A stretch of 64,000 nucleotides of DNA from the human T2T-CHM13v2.0 reference genome, Homo sapiens, in assembly GCF_009914755.1 (NCBI RefSeq), contig NC_060936.1. One strand, given 5' to 3'. The notes beneath the pieces are model-generated. The model saw only the letters and a program-made list of their open reading frames with translations. It searched no databases and was not told where the DNA came from. A program made the translations under genes and the position numbers. Of the stretch, positions 26,114 through 41,978 are shown in pieces. Position 1 is the stretch's first letter. Each line of letters opens with the position of its first letter.

Positions 26114-27013
26114 CTGAAAAAAAACAAGAATACTACCACTTAAGAAATTGGAAGCATATTATTCTCCCTAACAAACTGACTTCTGATTCCCCTTCCCTTT
26201 TCCTGCCCACCCTAGTGGTTTTCAGATATGCATTGTAGGGTACTTGATTATACAGCGAGCTGTGTGGCCAGGGATAGTCTCCCTTGGAGACTTGCTATAT
26301 AGACACATGGGGCCTAATACACATTTGTGAATGAGCCTAAGCGGTGGGCTTAGTAATTGACATAGAAGAAATTAATTGAAAATGTAATGTCTGAGGTATA
26401 GTCAGAATGATGATTTATAAGTGGATTTTATGCTAGCCAGAAGATCAGCAGTGAGCTTGTTTGCTGTCTTCCTTTGCGTATTCATTCAGCAAACATTTAT
26501 TAAGGGCCTACCCTGTGCCAAGTGCTATAAATGCAAAGTTAAATATCTGATTTTTCTGCTTCAGAGGAGGTCTCAGTCTGTGGGGGAGATAAAACCAATT
26601 CAGGATTCTTAGTAGCTGCTCTACATGTATTTGTCTAGGAGTAACGAGACATTCTATTTAATGCACTCACTTGAAACCTTTCTTGCATTACCTGCTCTGA
26701 GGCCCAAGCAGCCAACTCCTCTCACATAAGGATGGGGGCTCTGACACTACCTTCATGTTTCAGGAGCCTCAACTGAGGCTCACAGAAGATACACGCTCAC
26801 TCTGAACCTCCAAAGTATGTCTTTGTCTTGACAGACTTAAGTCTTTCCTCATGTCTAGTACCTTAAATGACTTGGATATTTCAACACCCACCTAAGCTCT
26901 GGAAAGAGAATGAGGCAGCCTAGGCAAAACTAGTAAGAATAAAAATCAAGCCTCTCTTGGGCTAGGCCACAATTCTATGTCCATCCTACTTCAATGTGGG
27001 AGGGGAGGGATAG

Positions 27014-27553
<540 letters not shown>

Positions 27554-28112
27554 TAGAGACAATCATATCACCTCAGCCTAGAGACTAAATCTGTTTAGGT
27601 CTTTGAAAGCCAAGCCTCCTATGTTTTAGAAAGGTTTGTCCAGGCTAGTGATGCCCTGGCATGGGGCTGGTCCTGTGGGCTGACAGTCTATTCCCAGCAG
27701 CAGAACACAACAAAATGTTTACCCACAGGGCCCTGGGTGAATGAGCTCAAATGAAAAGCAGCCACCAGGCGCCAGGCCTTTGTGGCCTGTGAACAAGAAG
27801 GTAACAATTAGCTAATGGCCCAGCACATGAGCTGCGCTCAAGGGAGGAACACTCAGGAGTACACTGCACTGGTGTTTAACATCTTCTTTCCAAAAGGCAT
27901 GCTCACTTAAGGCTAAACTTATGTTCCGGAGAGGGCACTCAGCCTTTTAAGCCAAATTAAAGAAAACATGAAAGCCTCAGTTTCCGGCAGACCAGAAAGT
28001 CCCAAATGTCAGAATTCTGTCCTCAGGTCACTGACGAATGTGGTCCAATTTTCACTGTATCAGAAACAAGCAACCCTCCTATGCTTTATTTTCCATGGTT
28101 CTTCGGTGTGTT

Positions 28113-28278
28113 AGAGCAGAGCTTCTCAAATATTAATGTGCACAGAAGTCAGCTAGGGATCCTGCTAAAATCCAGATTACAATTCAGTTCCGGGTGGGCT
28201 TGAGAGCTGTGGTTCAACTTCCTCCCAGGTGATGCCAATGCTGCAGGTTCACAGACCGGGCCCCGAGTAGCAAGGCCA
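28113..28278. mobile_element. MER5A1-like hAT-Charlie MITE
   Basis: cttctcaaa.attaatgtgca...ctcccaggtgatgccaatgctgc...gagtagcaagg. Confidence 0.65.
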
Positions 28279-28473
28279 GAGAGGATTCCTACTGGGCCAG
28301 ATTTGTACACAAGGGAATCAACGTCTCAGTGGACTTTATGATGACTGTGGAGACTGTTCCTTAGAGTGGGCTGTTGACAGACTGTAAATGTCACCCCTGG
28401 GCTCCTAGCTTCAAGTACTGGTTCACTGTGTTGTTACTTTCAGTATACAATAACTTTGAGAGACACTGCTAAT

Positions 28474-28731
<258 letters not shown>

Positions 28732-28749
28732 TAGTGTTTAGAGGATTGA

Positions 28750-29109
<360 letters not shown>

Positions 29110-29469
29110 TAATTTGAACTCTTTATGATAGACAATATTGAGTCATAAGAGGTGGTGAGATGTGGATGTCTCAATCTTATGCTTGCAGTTAAACAGGAGA
29201 TTCCATTTGCCTTGCAGCTTCTTCTAAAAGAGAGGGTTCAGGTCTGCAGATAACATCCATTTAATTTCAGAGTCTGCCCTATGAGTAGGGTGCCAAACCC
29301 TCTTTAAAGTGCTTCCTGCTGACCCAAGAAATGTGACAGGTTGTGTTATTCAAGCTGAAGTTGTCTTGTCCACACTCAAATGGAAATCTGGCCAACAGAA
29401 TGGGTGTGGGTTGATACATACACACGTTATAAAATGCTACTCTTCAATTCCATCAATAAATGTAATCTT

Positions 29470-29800
29470 TCCCTAATTCTACCGTTCCCATTTCTATGCT
29501 CGGCTCCCTAATGTAGTTTAATTAGCCAACATGAAAATCCTTCTCAAGACCGTTCTTCATGTAATTTGTATGAAAATAATAAAAAGCTGGTCACAACCCT
29601 GGTCTGTGAAGCACTCCCCAATTAACATCTTTTGAGGTTTTTACAACCACCCTCTGTTTCCTGCCCTTTAGCCAATTTCCAAAAATCTTTGCTAACTTTC
29701 CACTTACAACTCGTGTCCTATACATTAACCTGTGATGCAGAACATTTTGCAAAAATGTTTTCAGAAGAATTGGACTGCCGCGCAAGTCATCCCACTGTGT
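29470..29800 (-). mobile_element. CR1/L3 LINE reverse-transcriptase relic
   Basis: Minus-strand translation ...NVLHHRL...GKLAKIFGNWLKGRKQRVVV..KDVNWGV resembles CR1 ORF2 (KVPHxRL...WIxNWLxxRKQRV...VxSGVPQG). Confidence 0.75.
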
Positions 29801-30249
29801 GCTTATCCTCCCCAGCAGCAAAGGCTTCAAAGGATTCCACTGGGCTCCGGAGTCCTGACCTTCCCTCCCTGAAGCTGTTGTTGGCCTTACTCAATCGAAC
29901 CATACCCACATCCTCAAAGTTCCCCTGTTCAATTCCTTAAATAGCTTCTTAATGTTCCTGGAAGCCTCACATCAAACTAATGGGCTCTGAAGCTCCCCAG
30001 GACTCAGACATCTGGAAGAGTCTTTGCAGCCCTGGAGGGGACAGGTGTGCTACAGAAACGGCTTTGAAGTGGGACTGGGGGACATGGTCAGACCTTCTAA
30101 TGGCTCCTTCCCGGGTTCCCATCCACCAAGAAAGGGAGAAAAAAGCCAGACGAATCCTTGAGATTCTTGCAGTTTTTCAGAACAATATAATCTGAGCAGC
30201 TAAAAAATGGGACCTGTGTGGACCTGCCTTTCTGCTGCCTTCAGTACGC

Positions 30250-30490
30250 TTTTATTGCATACTTGCTGTGTGCCAACTCGTTTTCCAGGCACTGGGGACA
30301 CAGTGACTAAAACTGACAAAGCCTCTCACAACTTCTAAACTAGTAGATGAGATAGACACCCAAATAAATTACAATGTCAGAAGATGAAAGATGCTCTGAA
30401 GAAAAATCCAGCATGGTAAGGAGAACAATAGAGTCATTTTAGAAGATGAGGTCATGGTGGACCTCTCTGGGAAGGTACCATCTGAGCGAG
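30250..30490 (-). mobile_element. L2 fragment
   Basis: tttattgcatac...tgtgtgcca...ggcactggggacacag. Confidence 0.6.
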
Positions 30491-31229
30491 TCAATTTCCC
30501 ATGGGTCCCTTCTTGCACCTCCCCAACCTTCTTTTGGATTCCTGTTACTCAGTGTTAGACTGGTGGTGAAGAAGGGAGGGCTGAGAAAGGTGGGTGTCAC
30601 TCTCTCCTGCCAAAGCAACCCTAAGGAGGACCAAAGAGAAGCCATCTTTCTTTTCCCTGGTCCTCTGCAGGCACAATCCTTTCACACCCACTAATATAAG
30701 ATTTACCTATATGCTTTACTGTGGGTAAATCTTTGTCTGTCAGTTTTGTGTGAAACTGTAATCATAGATTTATGGCCCTGTCCTGACACTAGACTGTAAA
30801 CACCATGAGGGTTGGCATTGTTTTTTTCTGCTTTGTATCTTCAATGCCCAACTTAACACCTGGTTCACTGAATGAATAATCGTCGAAACTGATTGTTCCA
30901 CAGAGATGAAGCTTTGTGCCTTGTCCTTTAGGTACAGAGAGTGATACACAGCATCTGATCTACCCTGGAAGACTCTCAAGGCTGATCCTGTCTCAGCAGA
31001 ATCTGAACCTGGAATATGGCAGAATACTATTGCTTTTGCGAGAGCAACCAGGTGAAGAACAAAAAGTGAATGTGTTCCATCCCCTCATGAGGCTTCTGAA
31101 GCTTTCCTTATGATCTGATCACAACAAAGGAGACAGGCAACTGACAAACAGCACACTGGCCCTGAAACACCGCTGGCATCTTTGTTATCAGCCTTTCAGG
31201 GCCCACTTTTCTGTCTCTTCTAAAAGACT

Positions 31230-31408
31230 AGATATTCTCAAACCTAAATGTGTTTAGAATCACTTGGAGTGCTACCTTAACCAAGTTAAGATTCAAAGAT
31301 CCTACCTGTAAGAGTCTTGATTGTACAGATCTGAGCTGCATACTTCAACAGGACCCCAGGGAATTCTGATGCAAGTGGTGGGGGGAATCTCACCTTGAAA
31401 AACTGTAA
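31230..31408. mobile_element. MER5-family MITE
   Basis: ttctcaaac...agaatcacttgg...attctgatgca...ttgaaaaactg. Confidence 0.55.
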
Positions 31409-32485
31409 CAGACGATCAACTCCTTTAGGGATAAGGTCCATCTTATCCTATCTGTTTTTGTACCCAGAACAGAGCACTGTGCCTAGCACTCAATTCACAA
31501 CCGAAGAAAGCATTTCCTTATTGGGTATTTTACCCCTGTCCAGCTTACAATGAACACCCAGGGGGTTGGTCATCTTATTGTCCCACCAAAATTCAACTTC
31601 TGAAGGCCCAGAAATCCCAATTTGTATTTCCTCTGTGGGTCTAGCAGCATCTTCTATAGTGTAAACCACAGTAGGTCTTCAGGACATACTTGCTGAGGCA
31701 AAGCATAAACAGGGGAAGGAGAGTGGAAGAAACAAATTAAACATACAAGATACTTTCAGAAGACCCCCTCATTTCACGGTGATCCAACAGATTTAGTTTG
31801 TTAACTGAGACACTTCCAAATCGTCAAACAAATGTAATGTGCTGATATATAACAGAAGTGGCAAACTCTTTCCTTTTCTTCCTTTGTTTTCAGTGGAGCT
31901 GCCAATAAACATTCAGTGTGGGGGAGCAGGAATAAGTCTGGGGGCAAACAAGAACCTTGACTAATGTGCTCTGAATGAGCCAAGTGCTGACTGCTCTCAC
32001 AGAGCCCTCAGCTTCAGAGCACTTAGAGATGTCCTTAATGTCAACATTGGGCACTTATTTTACACAGGAGCCTGTGACAAGCAACTCTTTAATACAGCAC
32101 CTCCACTTAGTGCTCGGCTGCAGGCTGCTGTTTCAGCGTTTGTGTAATACTTGCTCCCATCTTTGCCTTATTACTGATGATATTTTGGTGGCATGTTAGG
32201 AGGGCTCATACACCTATAAGCTGACTCTGGCTTCTTAAAGCTACTTTTAAAAAGAATCCATCAATTCTTCCATTTGCCAAATCTCTGCCGCTTCTCTAGG
32301 ATGCCCTCACAGCTTTTGTGTCTTGATCAGTTCAGCAGATTCTCCAAACTGGTTTTTCCCTTTTAAGTACTCAATGTAGGACAATGAGCTCCTGCAGCTC
32401 AGGACTGGCTTTGTGGAAGAGAAAGAGGCTTGCCCTTGTTATCAGAAGCCTTGCTTCAGGTCTCTGCTTCTAACAAGCTTTGTGA

Positions 32486-32818
<333 letters not shown>

Positions 32819-34369
32819 TGAAATCATTTTTCAAAAACTGAAAAACACAAGAAAAAGGAAATATAACAACTGCTCTACTTCTCTCACAAAGCTGTAATTA
32901 AGATCAAATAATGTGGAAGGGAACTGCCAATTTTAATTCTTTTATGGCACTGATCTCAGGGCAACCACATCTGAATATCGTCTAGTTGGTAGAAGGAAAG
33001 GATTAAGAGTGGGCTCAGGGAAACTGGGATTCAATTCCCAAAGTCTCATTTAAAACAGCAGTGACTGGAGCTCTCAATAGTGTTTCCTGGCAGAAATAGC
33101 CAAGGTGGTTCCCAAGGTAAAGGCTGCCAATAGTTGGTGGGAAATAAAGAGATGAAATCTTGTCCCCTCTATTTCATGTGTCCAACCCAACAGCTCAACC
33201 TATGGATCTTTGAATATGACACTTATGACAAGAAGAAAATAAAACACCAACACACTTCCTGCAGCCCTATAAACCAAGTAGATCATTTCAAGATTGGCAT
33301 TCCAGCAGGCCACCAAGACTATACCCAAATTCTCTGTAGTAGTCTATCTACTTTACTTGATGTCATGAAACAAACACTGAATTTGGAGGCAGAAGACTTG
33401 GGTTTGAAACCCACCTCTGCATTAGGCAAAATCACTTTATTCATTCAGTTTCAAAGCTTACAGACCATCTGCTGGGAACACCAAAGGTAAATGGGGTACT
33501 GATTCCTTGGATGGACGAGCTGGACATCGTATGCCTTACACGAAGAGGAAGCTGCAGGGGCTAAAGCCTGGGGATGTGAGAAAGGGCTGGTGTGTTTGGG
33601 CAGCTTTACCTTGCTTGGTTTGGCTGTGGTACTGGATGTCCCCTGGGGAGTGGGGAGGGTGAGGCTGGACTTCTCCAATCTCCCCTGTCTCTGTTTGTGA
33701 AATGAGAGGTTAGGCCTAGGTGGCCAATGGGGCTGCTCATGGCTCCAACATCCTCTGACTCTCCTCACAGCATCAGGCCTTGATGTAACTGATCACAGGA
33801 CTTCAGAACATTGGGCTGCAAGTGAATCCAGTGACACTGAAGTGTTAGAAATATGTTGGCTGCTCATACTATTGCAAAAGGAGCTGTTTTGGCTGCAGGT
33901 ATAAATTTATACTTGAAATATGCCACAGATACTCTTGAGAGTTTGTTTTTTGGAGTCTACAGACCAAACATTTGACTTTGGAGGGTAGATACGATATAAC
34001 AGATCAAAAAGTTTCTTTCTAAACCAGCTAAAATATGAGGTATTGTGCAGAGAGCCTGAAGGTATAACCAATGCCTAGCTGCTATTGCATAAACATTCCA
34101 TTTTTTAACACACAAGGCCTGGCACGTTACAATTCTCTGGGTTTCCAATGGTTTGTTCACCACTAGATCCAAAGGACCATTGAATGAATTAGTGAATGAA
34201 TGGGCTTCAACATAGCTCAATAATTATTTGAAGAATAAGTCTATCTTCACAAAAATGCCCATTTGCAAAGATAAGCATCAGAAGAAATCCCAGCCTGTGA
34301 ATGCAAACATGAGGGTGCAGAACAGATGAACCAAGTTGCCTCAAGTCCACCCAGAAGGCAGGTGAGGCA

Positions 34370-34496
34370 GAGAGTGACCATACATCCCTGTTTACTCCAA
34401 TAGTTTTGATTTGCGCCTGTTTTTCCAGCATAATTATTAATAGTGTCCCCTTTGATTCTTGAAAATTCCTGGTTGAGGGGTTAAGATGGTCACCTG
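34370..34496. mobile_element. hAT-Blackjack-type MITE (MER94/MER81-like)
   Basis: Terminal inverted repeats gtgaccat...atggtcac, ~125 bp. Confidence 0.7.
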
Positions 34497-34807
34497 ACAA
34501 ATAATAAAATGACTGCTACTTCTGGCCATTGGGACTGAAAAAATCAGTGTCACTACTTCACAGGACTCTTCACCACAGCAGGTTTTCAGAGATCTCAAGA
34601 GCAAGTGAGCAAGCTATTATGCATGCTGCCTTAGAAGGGGAGATACAATCACCATGGGTAAACTGTGGGATATTTGCTGTGTGACAAAGTCAATCCCGCT
34701 GATTGCAGTTGTTCTGGTAGCAAGAAGCCCAGAACATAGCTGTTCAAGTGCAGAATGAGGTATATCATATCCTTAACCCACCAGCCTGGCATGAGCCACA
34801 TGCATTG

Positions 34808-34987
34808 TGGGTCTGGGGTTTTTACAGGCTTCAGAAGGGAGGAAGTGCATGCTGATTGGTTCATGGGTGGCCATGAGTGGGCCAGAAAAGCACCATAAGC
34901 TCTCACTCCAGGCCGTGGACTCCACCTGGAACTGACAGCCTGGCTTCCATGCTTCAAGTCATCCCTGGCTTGAAGGTGCTGCTTCAC
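34808..34987 (-). repeat. Inverted 180-bp copy of 35649-35828 (MER52-like LTR internal segment)
   Basis: Manual alignment: 172/180 identical, no gaps. Confidence 0.93.
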
Positions 34988-35074
34988 ACAACCTGAGACT
35001 ACAATATGGACGCATCACAAACCCATTTTAGGATTGTAAAGCAAGTTCCTGCAGCACAGTGAAGAACAGCTTAT

Positions 35075-37036
<1,962 letters not shown>

Positions 37037-37429
37037 TGAAACCAACTTCTAAACATTCTTATATGCATTAATGCAATAAATATAAAAAAGATATAGCATA
37101 TTTAGCTGAAACATCCAAATGAAATTATTATTTTTCAGGAGGGGATCAGAGGGCAACAATCTCCAATGAGAGGAAATGTTTGACACATACAGGTTGGTTT
37201 CTGTTGTGTGACCATGAATTATTGTGAGTTGCTAAGTTAGTTTTTTGGTGTGTGTCAGAGTAAATCTCAAGTTTTATTCAAATAGCTGGTTGGCAAATCT
37301 CAAGTCATTGGCCAAATGAGAACAAGCCATGTAAATGACACACAGATGCACACAACTGATTTTTATAGCCAGACCTGAGAGTTAGAGATGGAGATGGACA
37401 GGCCACATCATGAAGTCTCTCCCATGTAA

Positions 37430-38065
<636 letters not shown>

Positions 38066-38286
38066 ACCTGTATATTCTTAATGTGATTTCATCCCCAAAA
38101 ATATTCAAAGTGGTGGTGGTGGTTGGGGGAGGCAAATCGCCCCCAAGGGTGTGCCATGCTAATTGAGAACACAGAAGTATGAGATATTACAGATATGCAG
38201 GACTGGAGAGTGGATCAAGAAAGCTGTCAAATATGAATGCTTTAGCCTAACAAAGTATCCTTAGAACTCCCCATTTTCCCTTTTTG

Positions 38287-38617
38287 CAGGGGGATACATG
38301 TTTTGTGAGGTCTGAGGTTTATGAAATTTTGGGGGCTCTCAAGAATGCAAAAGTAATTATGAATACAAATTTAGATACTAATGTGAATGTTTATTAATGA
38401 GAAAAAAATTACAACATATTACTGGAACCCTGGAAGCTGAGGTCCCTTTCCTTTGAGAAATGTTTACATAAATGTTTCCTGATTGCAACCCGGCTCCTCC
38501 TCTTCATCTGGAACAGCCTGTCTACATTTTCCGGCAACAATCAGAACTCACAGGGTCTGATCTGAGCGCAGGTCCCCAGTACTTAAGTTTAATTAGCTTC
38601 TTTGTAAATATGCCTTT
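38287..38617. mobile_element. hAT-Tip100-type DNA transposon relic (MER69/MER115-like)
   Basis: ttttgtgaggtctgag...tttgggggctctc...aatacaaa and cttaagtttaattagcttc...taaat ends; family uncertain. Confidence 0.5.
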
Positions 38618-38774
38618 ACACTGCAAAGTAGATTTCCTTTCTTAATTAGCTAAACAGCTAACTCATCAACTTATATTACTTAGTCCTGGAAAGACAGATG
38701 ATTATTACTTTCACCCTCAAGATTGCACAGCAGGGAGGGCAATTCTACAGGAAGGCTGTGATACAGTGTCTGTC

Positions 38775-39600
38775 TCCAGGATGACTGCCATCAATTCCTT
38801 CCCTCCCTGTACAAGCATGTTATTCTTCACATCAAGAGGTGGATCCAATTCCCCTAACTTCAAACATGGACTGGCCTTAGAGATTTCCTTGACCAACAGA
38901 ATGTGACAGTGATGATGTTCTGGGACTTCTTAGGCTAGGTTTTAAGAAGCCTTGCTGATTCTGCCTGGGACTATTTTCATTTCTCCTTTTCTCTCTTTCT
39001 CCCTTTCTCTCTCTCTCTCTTTCTCTTTCCCTCTTTCCTCTTTCCCCCTCCCCTCCCTCCCTTCCTTCCTTTACTTCCTTCCTCTCTCTCTTGCTTTCTC
39101 TCTCTCTCTTTCTTTCTGTTTCTTTCTTTCTTCCTTTCTTTCTTTCAAGATGGGGTATCACCTATGTTGCTCAGGCTGGCCTTGAGCTCCTGGGCTCAGG
39201 CAATCCTCCTACCTTAGCCTCCAAGTAGCTGGGACTATAGCTACGTGCCACCATGCCTATCTGGGATTCTTAAACCACCCACTCTTAGAATATTTCCTCT
39301 CAGAATCCAGCTGCTATGTTCTGGGAAGTCAAAACCACCTGGAGAGGCATGTAGTGCTGCCTCAGCTAAACTCCCAGTTGACAGCCAACATTAACATGTG
39401 AGAAAGCCATCTTGGACTTCCAGCCCAGACAGGTCTTCAGACAACCCCAGCCCCAACTCACATCTGACTTTGGCCATGTGAGAGGTCCTAAGGAAGAGCC
39501 ACCCAGCTGAACCCAGTCAACCAACAGAACTATGAAAGAGAATCAGAAATTGTTCTGCAAAGCCTCTAAGTTTTGGAGGAGGTTTGTTTTGTAACCAAAA
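38775..39600 (+). mobile_element. MaLR LTR (MLT1G/H-like) interrupted by a minus-strand FLAM with CT-rich tail
   Basis: tgaccaacagaatgtg; aagccatcttggac..ccagccc; aagcctctaagttttgg. Confidence 0.72.
38975..39146. repeat. CT-rich low-complexity tract (expanded tail of the FLAM at ~39147-39262)
   Basis: ~170 bp almost pure pyrimidine on the + strand. Confidence 0.9.
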
Positions 39601-40664
39601 AAGGCATAGAGGAATTGTGTTGGGATATAACTCTTGTATGCCCTCTATCCCAATAAGACTGGAAAGATGAAACATGGGACACTGAACTCCCTGGAGTTAT
39701 TTCTCTGGTCCCTATTTGTCTGTAAGTGGTGCTTGTTCCCTCTGCTCCTGTCCTCCAGCAGGTAAATACTAGGAAGACCCTCCCGCTCTGGGATTGGGAG
39801 ATGAGAGCCCACAGCTATTCCATGGGTTTGATGTGGGGGCTAGAGGAGAGGAATGAGAACTCCATTTTGGTCTCAAATCCAAACCTTAACCAAACCAATC
39901 TAACTTTATACTAGTTATTAGTTATAAAGTTATTTTGACCCCAGACTCCAGTGTCTATTTTTTTAATTGGTTCAGAAAACTTACGGCAAAAAAGCATATT
40001 TTTTCCTCTTTAGACCTCAACAAGTACCACCATTCTTCCTTTCACATAGTCTGGAAAGCGAAGTCTTGTTTTTTAAATTTTACTTGGCTTCATCCTCTAA
40101 ATCCAGTCTGCCTCATTATGCCACCTTTTAGTTTCCACGGTCCCTTCCCCAGTTCGGCTCCTCACTGCCACAGTCTCAGTCCTGCAATGACTGCCCTGTC
40201 TGCAGCTCCCCCATCTCCCATGGTTACGGCTAAGATATTCCTCTTGCTGAAGACCTTATCTACTGCCTTAGGTCCAGTTCAAGGACCTCTGGGGCAGTTA
40301 GCTTTATTAGAGCTAACAGCCCTTCAAGCTAATCTTTCAAACTCAAATGACCCCATAAGGCAAATTTTATTTCACACTAGACGATTTCTTCCTTTCTTTA
40401 AAAAAAGAAATTGTCCTATCTCTTTTTCTTTAGATGATATACTTCTCCCTCCTATATCCAAATCCCCTAGTCCCTTAGAAAGCAGGAAACACATGCTTTA
40501 TGGCTCATCCTTCTTTGGCTAACCATCTAACTAGCCACAAATTTGAATTCCTTGAAGATATGTTCCCCAGTGCTCTACTCAGTAAACACCACCGGACTCA
40601 TGATACCTATGGAAAGAACCACTGAAATTTTGTGGTTGTAATGGAGTAGGAAGAAGAGCTAGGA

Positions 40665-40880
40665 ACTAATATTTATTATGCCAGGTTTTTTGTTAAGTAC
40701 TTCATATGTCATTCAGTTTTTTCCTTGGTTTCCTTAGTATAACAACTCTATTGTCCTCTTTTTCACCAAACAGGAACCTGAGATCCAGGGAAGTACTTTT
40801 TCAAGGTCACTTAGCAAGTGCAACGATAGAGCTTGAAGTCAAGACTGATTACCAGTCTAAGTTTTTTAACCACCATATTA
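40665..40880 (-). mobile_element. MIR
   Basis: tatgccagg...aggaacctgagatccaggga...tcaaggtcac. Confidence 0.55.
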
Positions 40881-41298
40881 TATGGCCTCCAGGTTTTTTT
40901 GAGGTGTCCAGGAAATTCTTTAAAACAAATTTTTCTTCCTCTTCCAAATAGAATTACTGTTACCATTTTTTAAAACTTCAAGACTTTCGGCCATGCATAT
41001 ATGCTTTTTTCTGCATATCATCACTCTCTTTGTATGAACAATCATGTTCTGCTTCACTTCAGATGGCACAGCCATTTTCCCATGTCAGTATGCACCAATA
41101 TTGTTTCTTATGAATGGGCCAGACTGTAGAAAGCACAAAATACAACAAAATATGTTCTTTCTCCAAATGGGATTTTGGCTTGGGAACAAAAAGTCACCCA
41201 GAATCAGAAGATTATAAATGTTAAGATGTAAACATGTTAAATATTATTCATGTTTTCATGGGAGAAAATGGGGGAATCCCAAAAAAAGTAGGAATTCT

Positions 41299-41810
41299 AA
41301 GAGACAAGGTCTCACTCTGTCACCAAGGCTGGAGAGCAGTGGTGTGATCATAGCTCAAGGCAGCCTTGAACTCCTGGGCTCAAGTGATTCTCTGGCCTCT
41401 CAGTCTCCTGAGTAGCTGAGATTACAGGTGTGCACCACTATGCCCGGATAATTTTTAAACTTTTTGTAGAGACAGGGTTTCATTATATTGTCCAAGCTGG
41501 TCTTGAACTCCTAGGCTCAGGTGATCCTCCCACTTCAGCCTCCCAAAGCATTGAGATGATAGGCGTGAGTCACTGTGCCTGGCCTTCATTCTCTCTCTTT
41601 TTCATGGGGAGGGGTGGTGGGAAACAGGGTCTTTCTCTGTCGCCCAGGCTGGGGTGCAGTGGCACAATCATGGCTCACTGCAGCCTCAACCTTCCAGGCT
41701 CAAGTGATCCTCCCACCTCAGTATCCCCAGTAGCTGAGACTACAGGCAGGTACCACTAATTTATTATTTATAAATTTATTATTTATAGATACTACTTTTG
41801 GGAGAGTTTA

Positions 41811-41855
<45 letters not shown>

Positions 41856-41978
41856 TTTGTAGAGACAAGGTTTTCTCCATGTTGCCCAGGTTGGTCTTGA
41901 ACTCCTGGGTTCAAATGATCTTCTCGCCTTGGCCTCCCAAAGTGCTGGGATTACAGGTGTGACCCACTGTGCCTGGCC
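41299..41978 (-). mobile_element. Two Alus (41299-41584; 41622-41978), the second with a (TTA)n expansion in its linker (~41808-41855)
   Basis: Antisense dimers; visible TTA microsatellite. Confidence 0.9.

Noticed and set aside
39935-40522. Longest ORF in the track (195 aa, + strand)
   Set aside because: TTG start, no recognisable domain, low-complexity S/P/L composition, antisense in an intron; consistent with chance.
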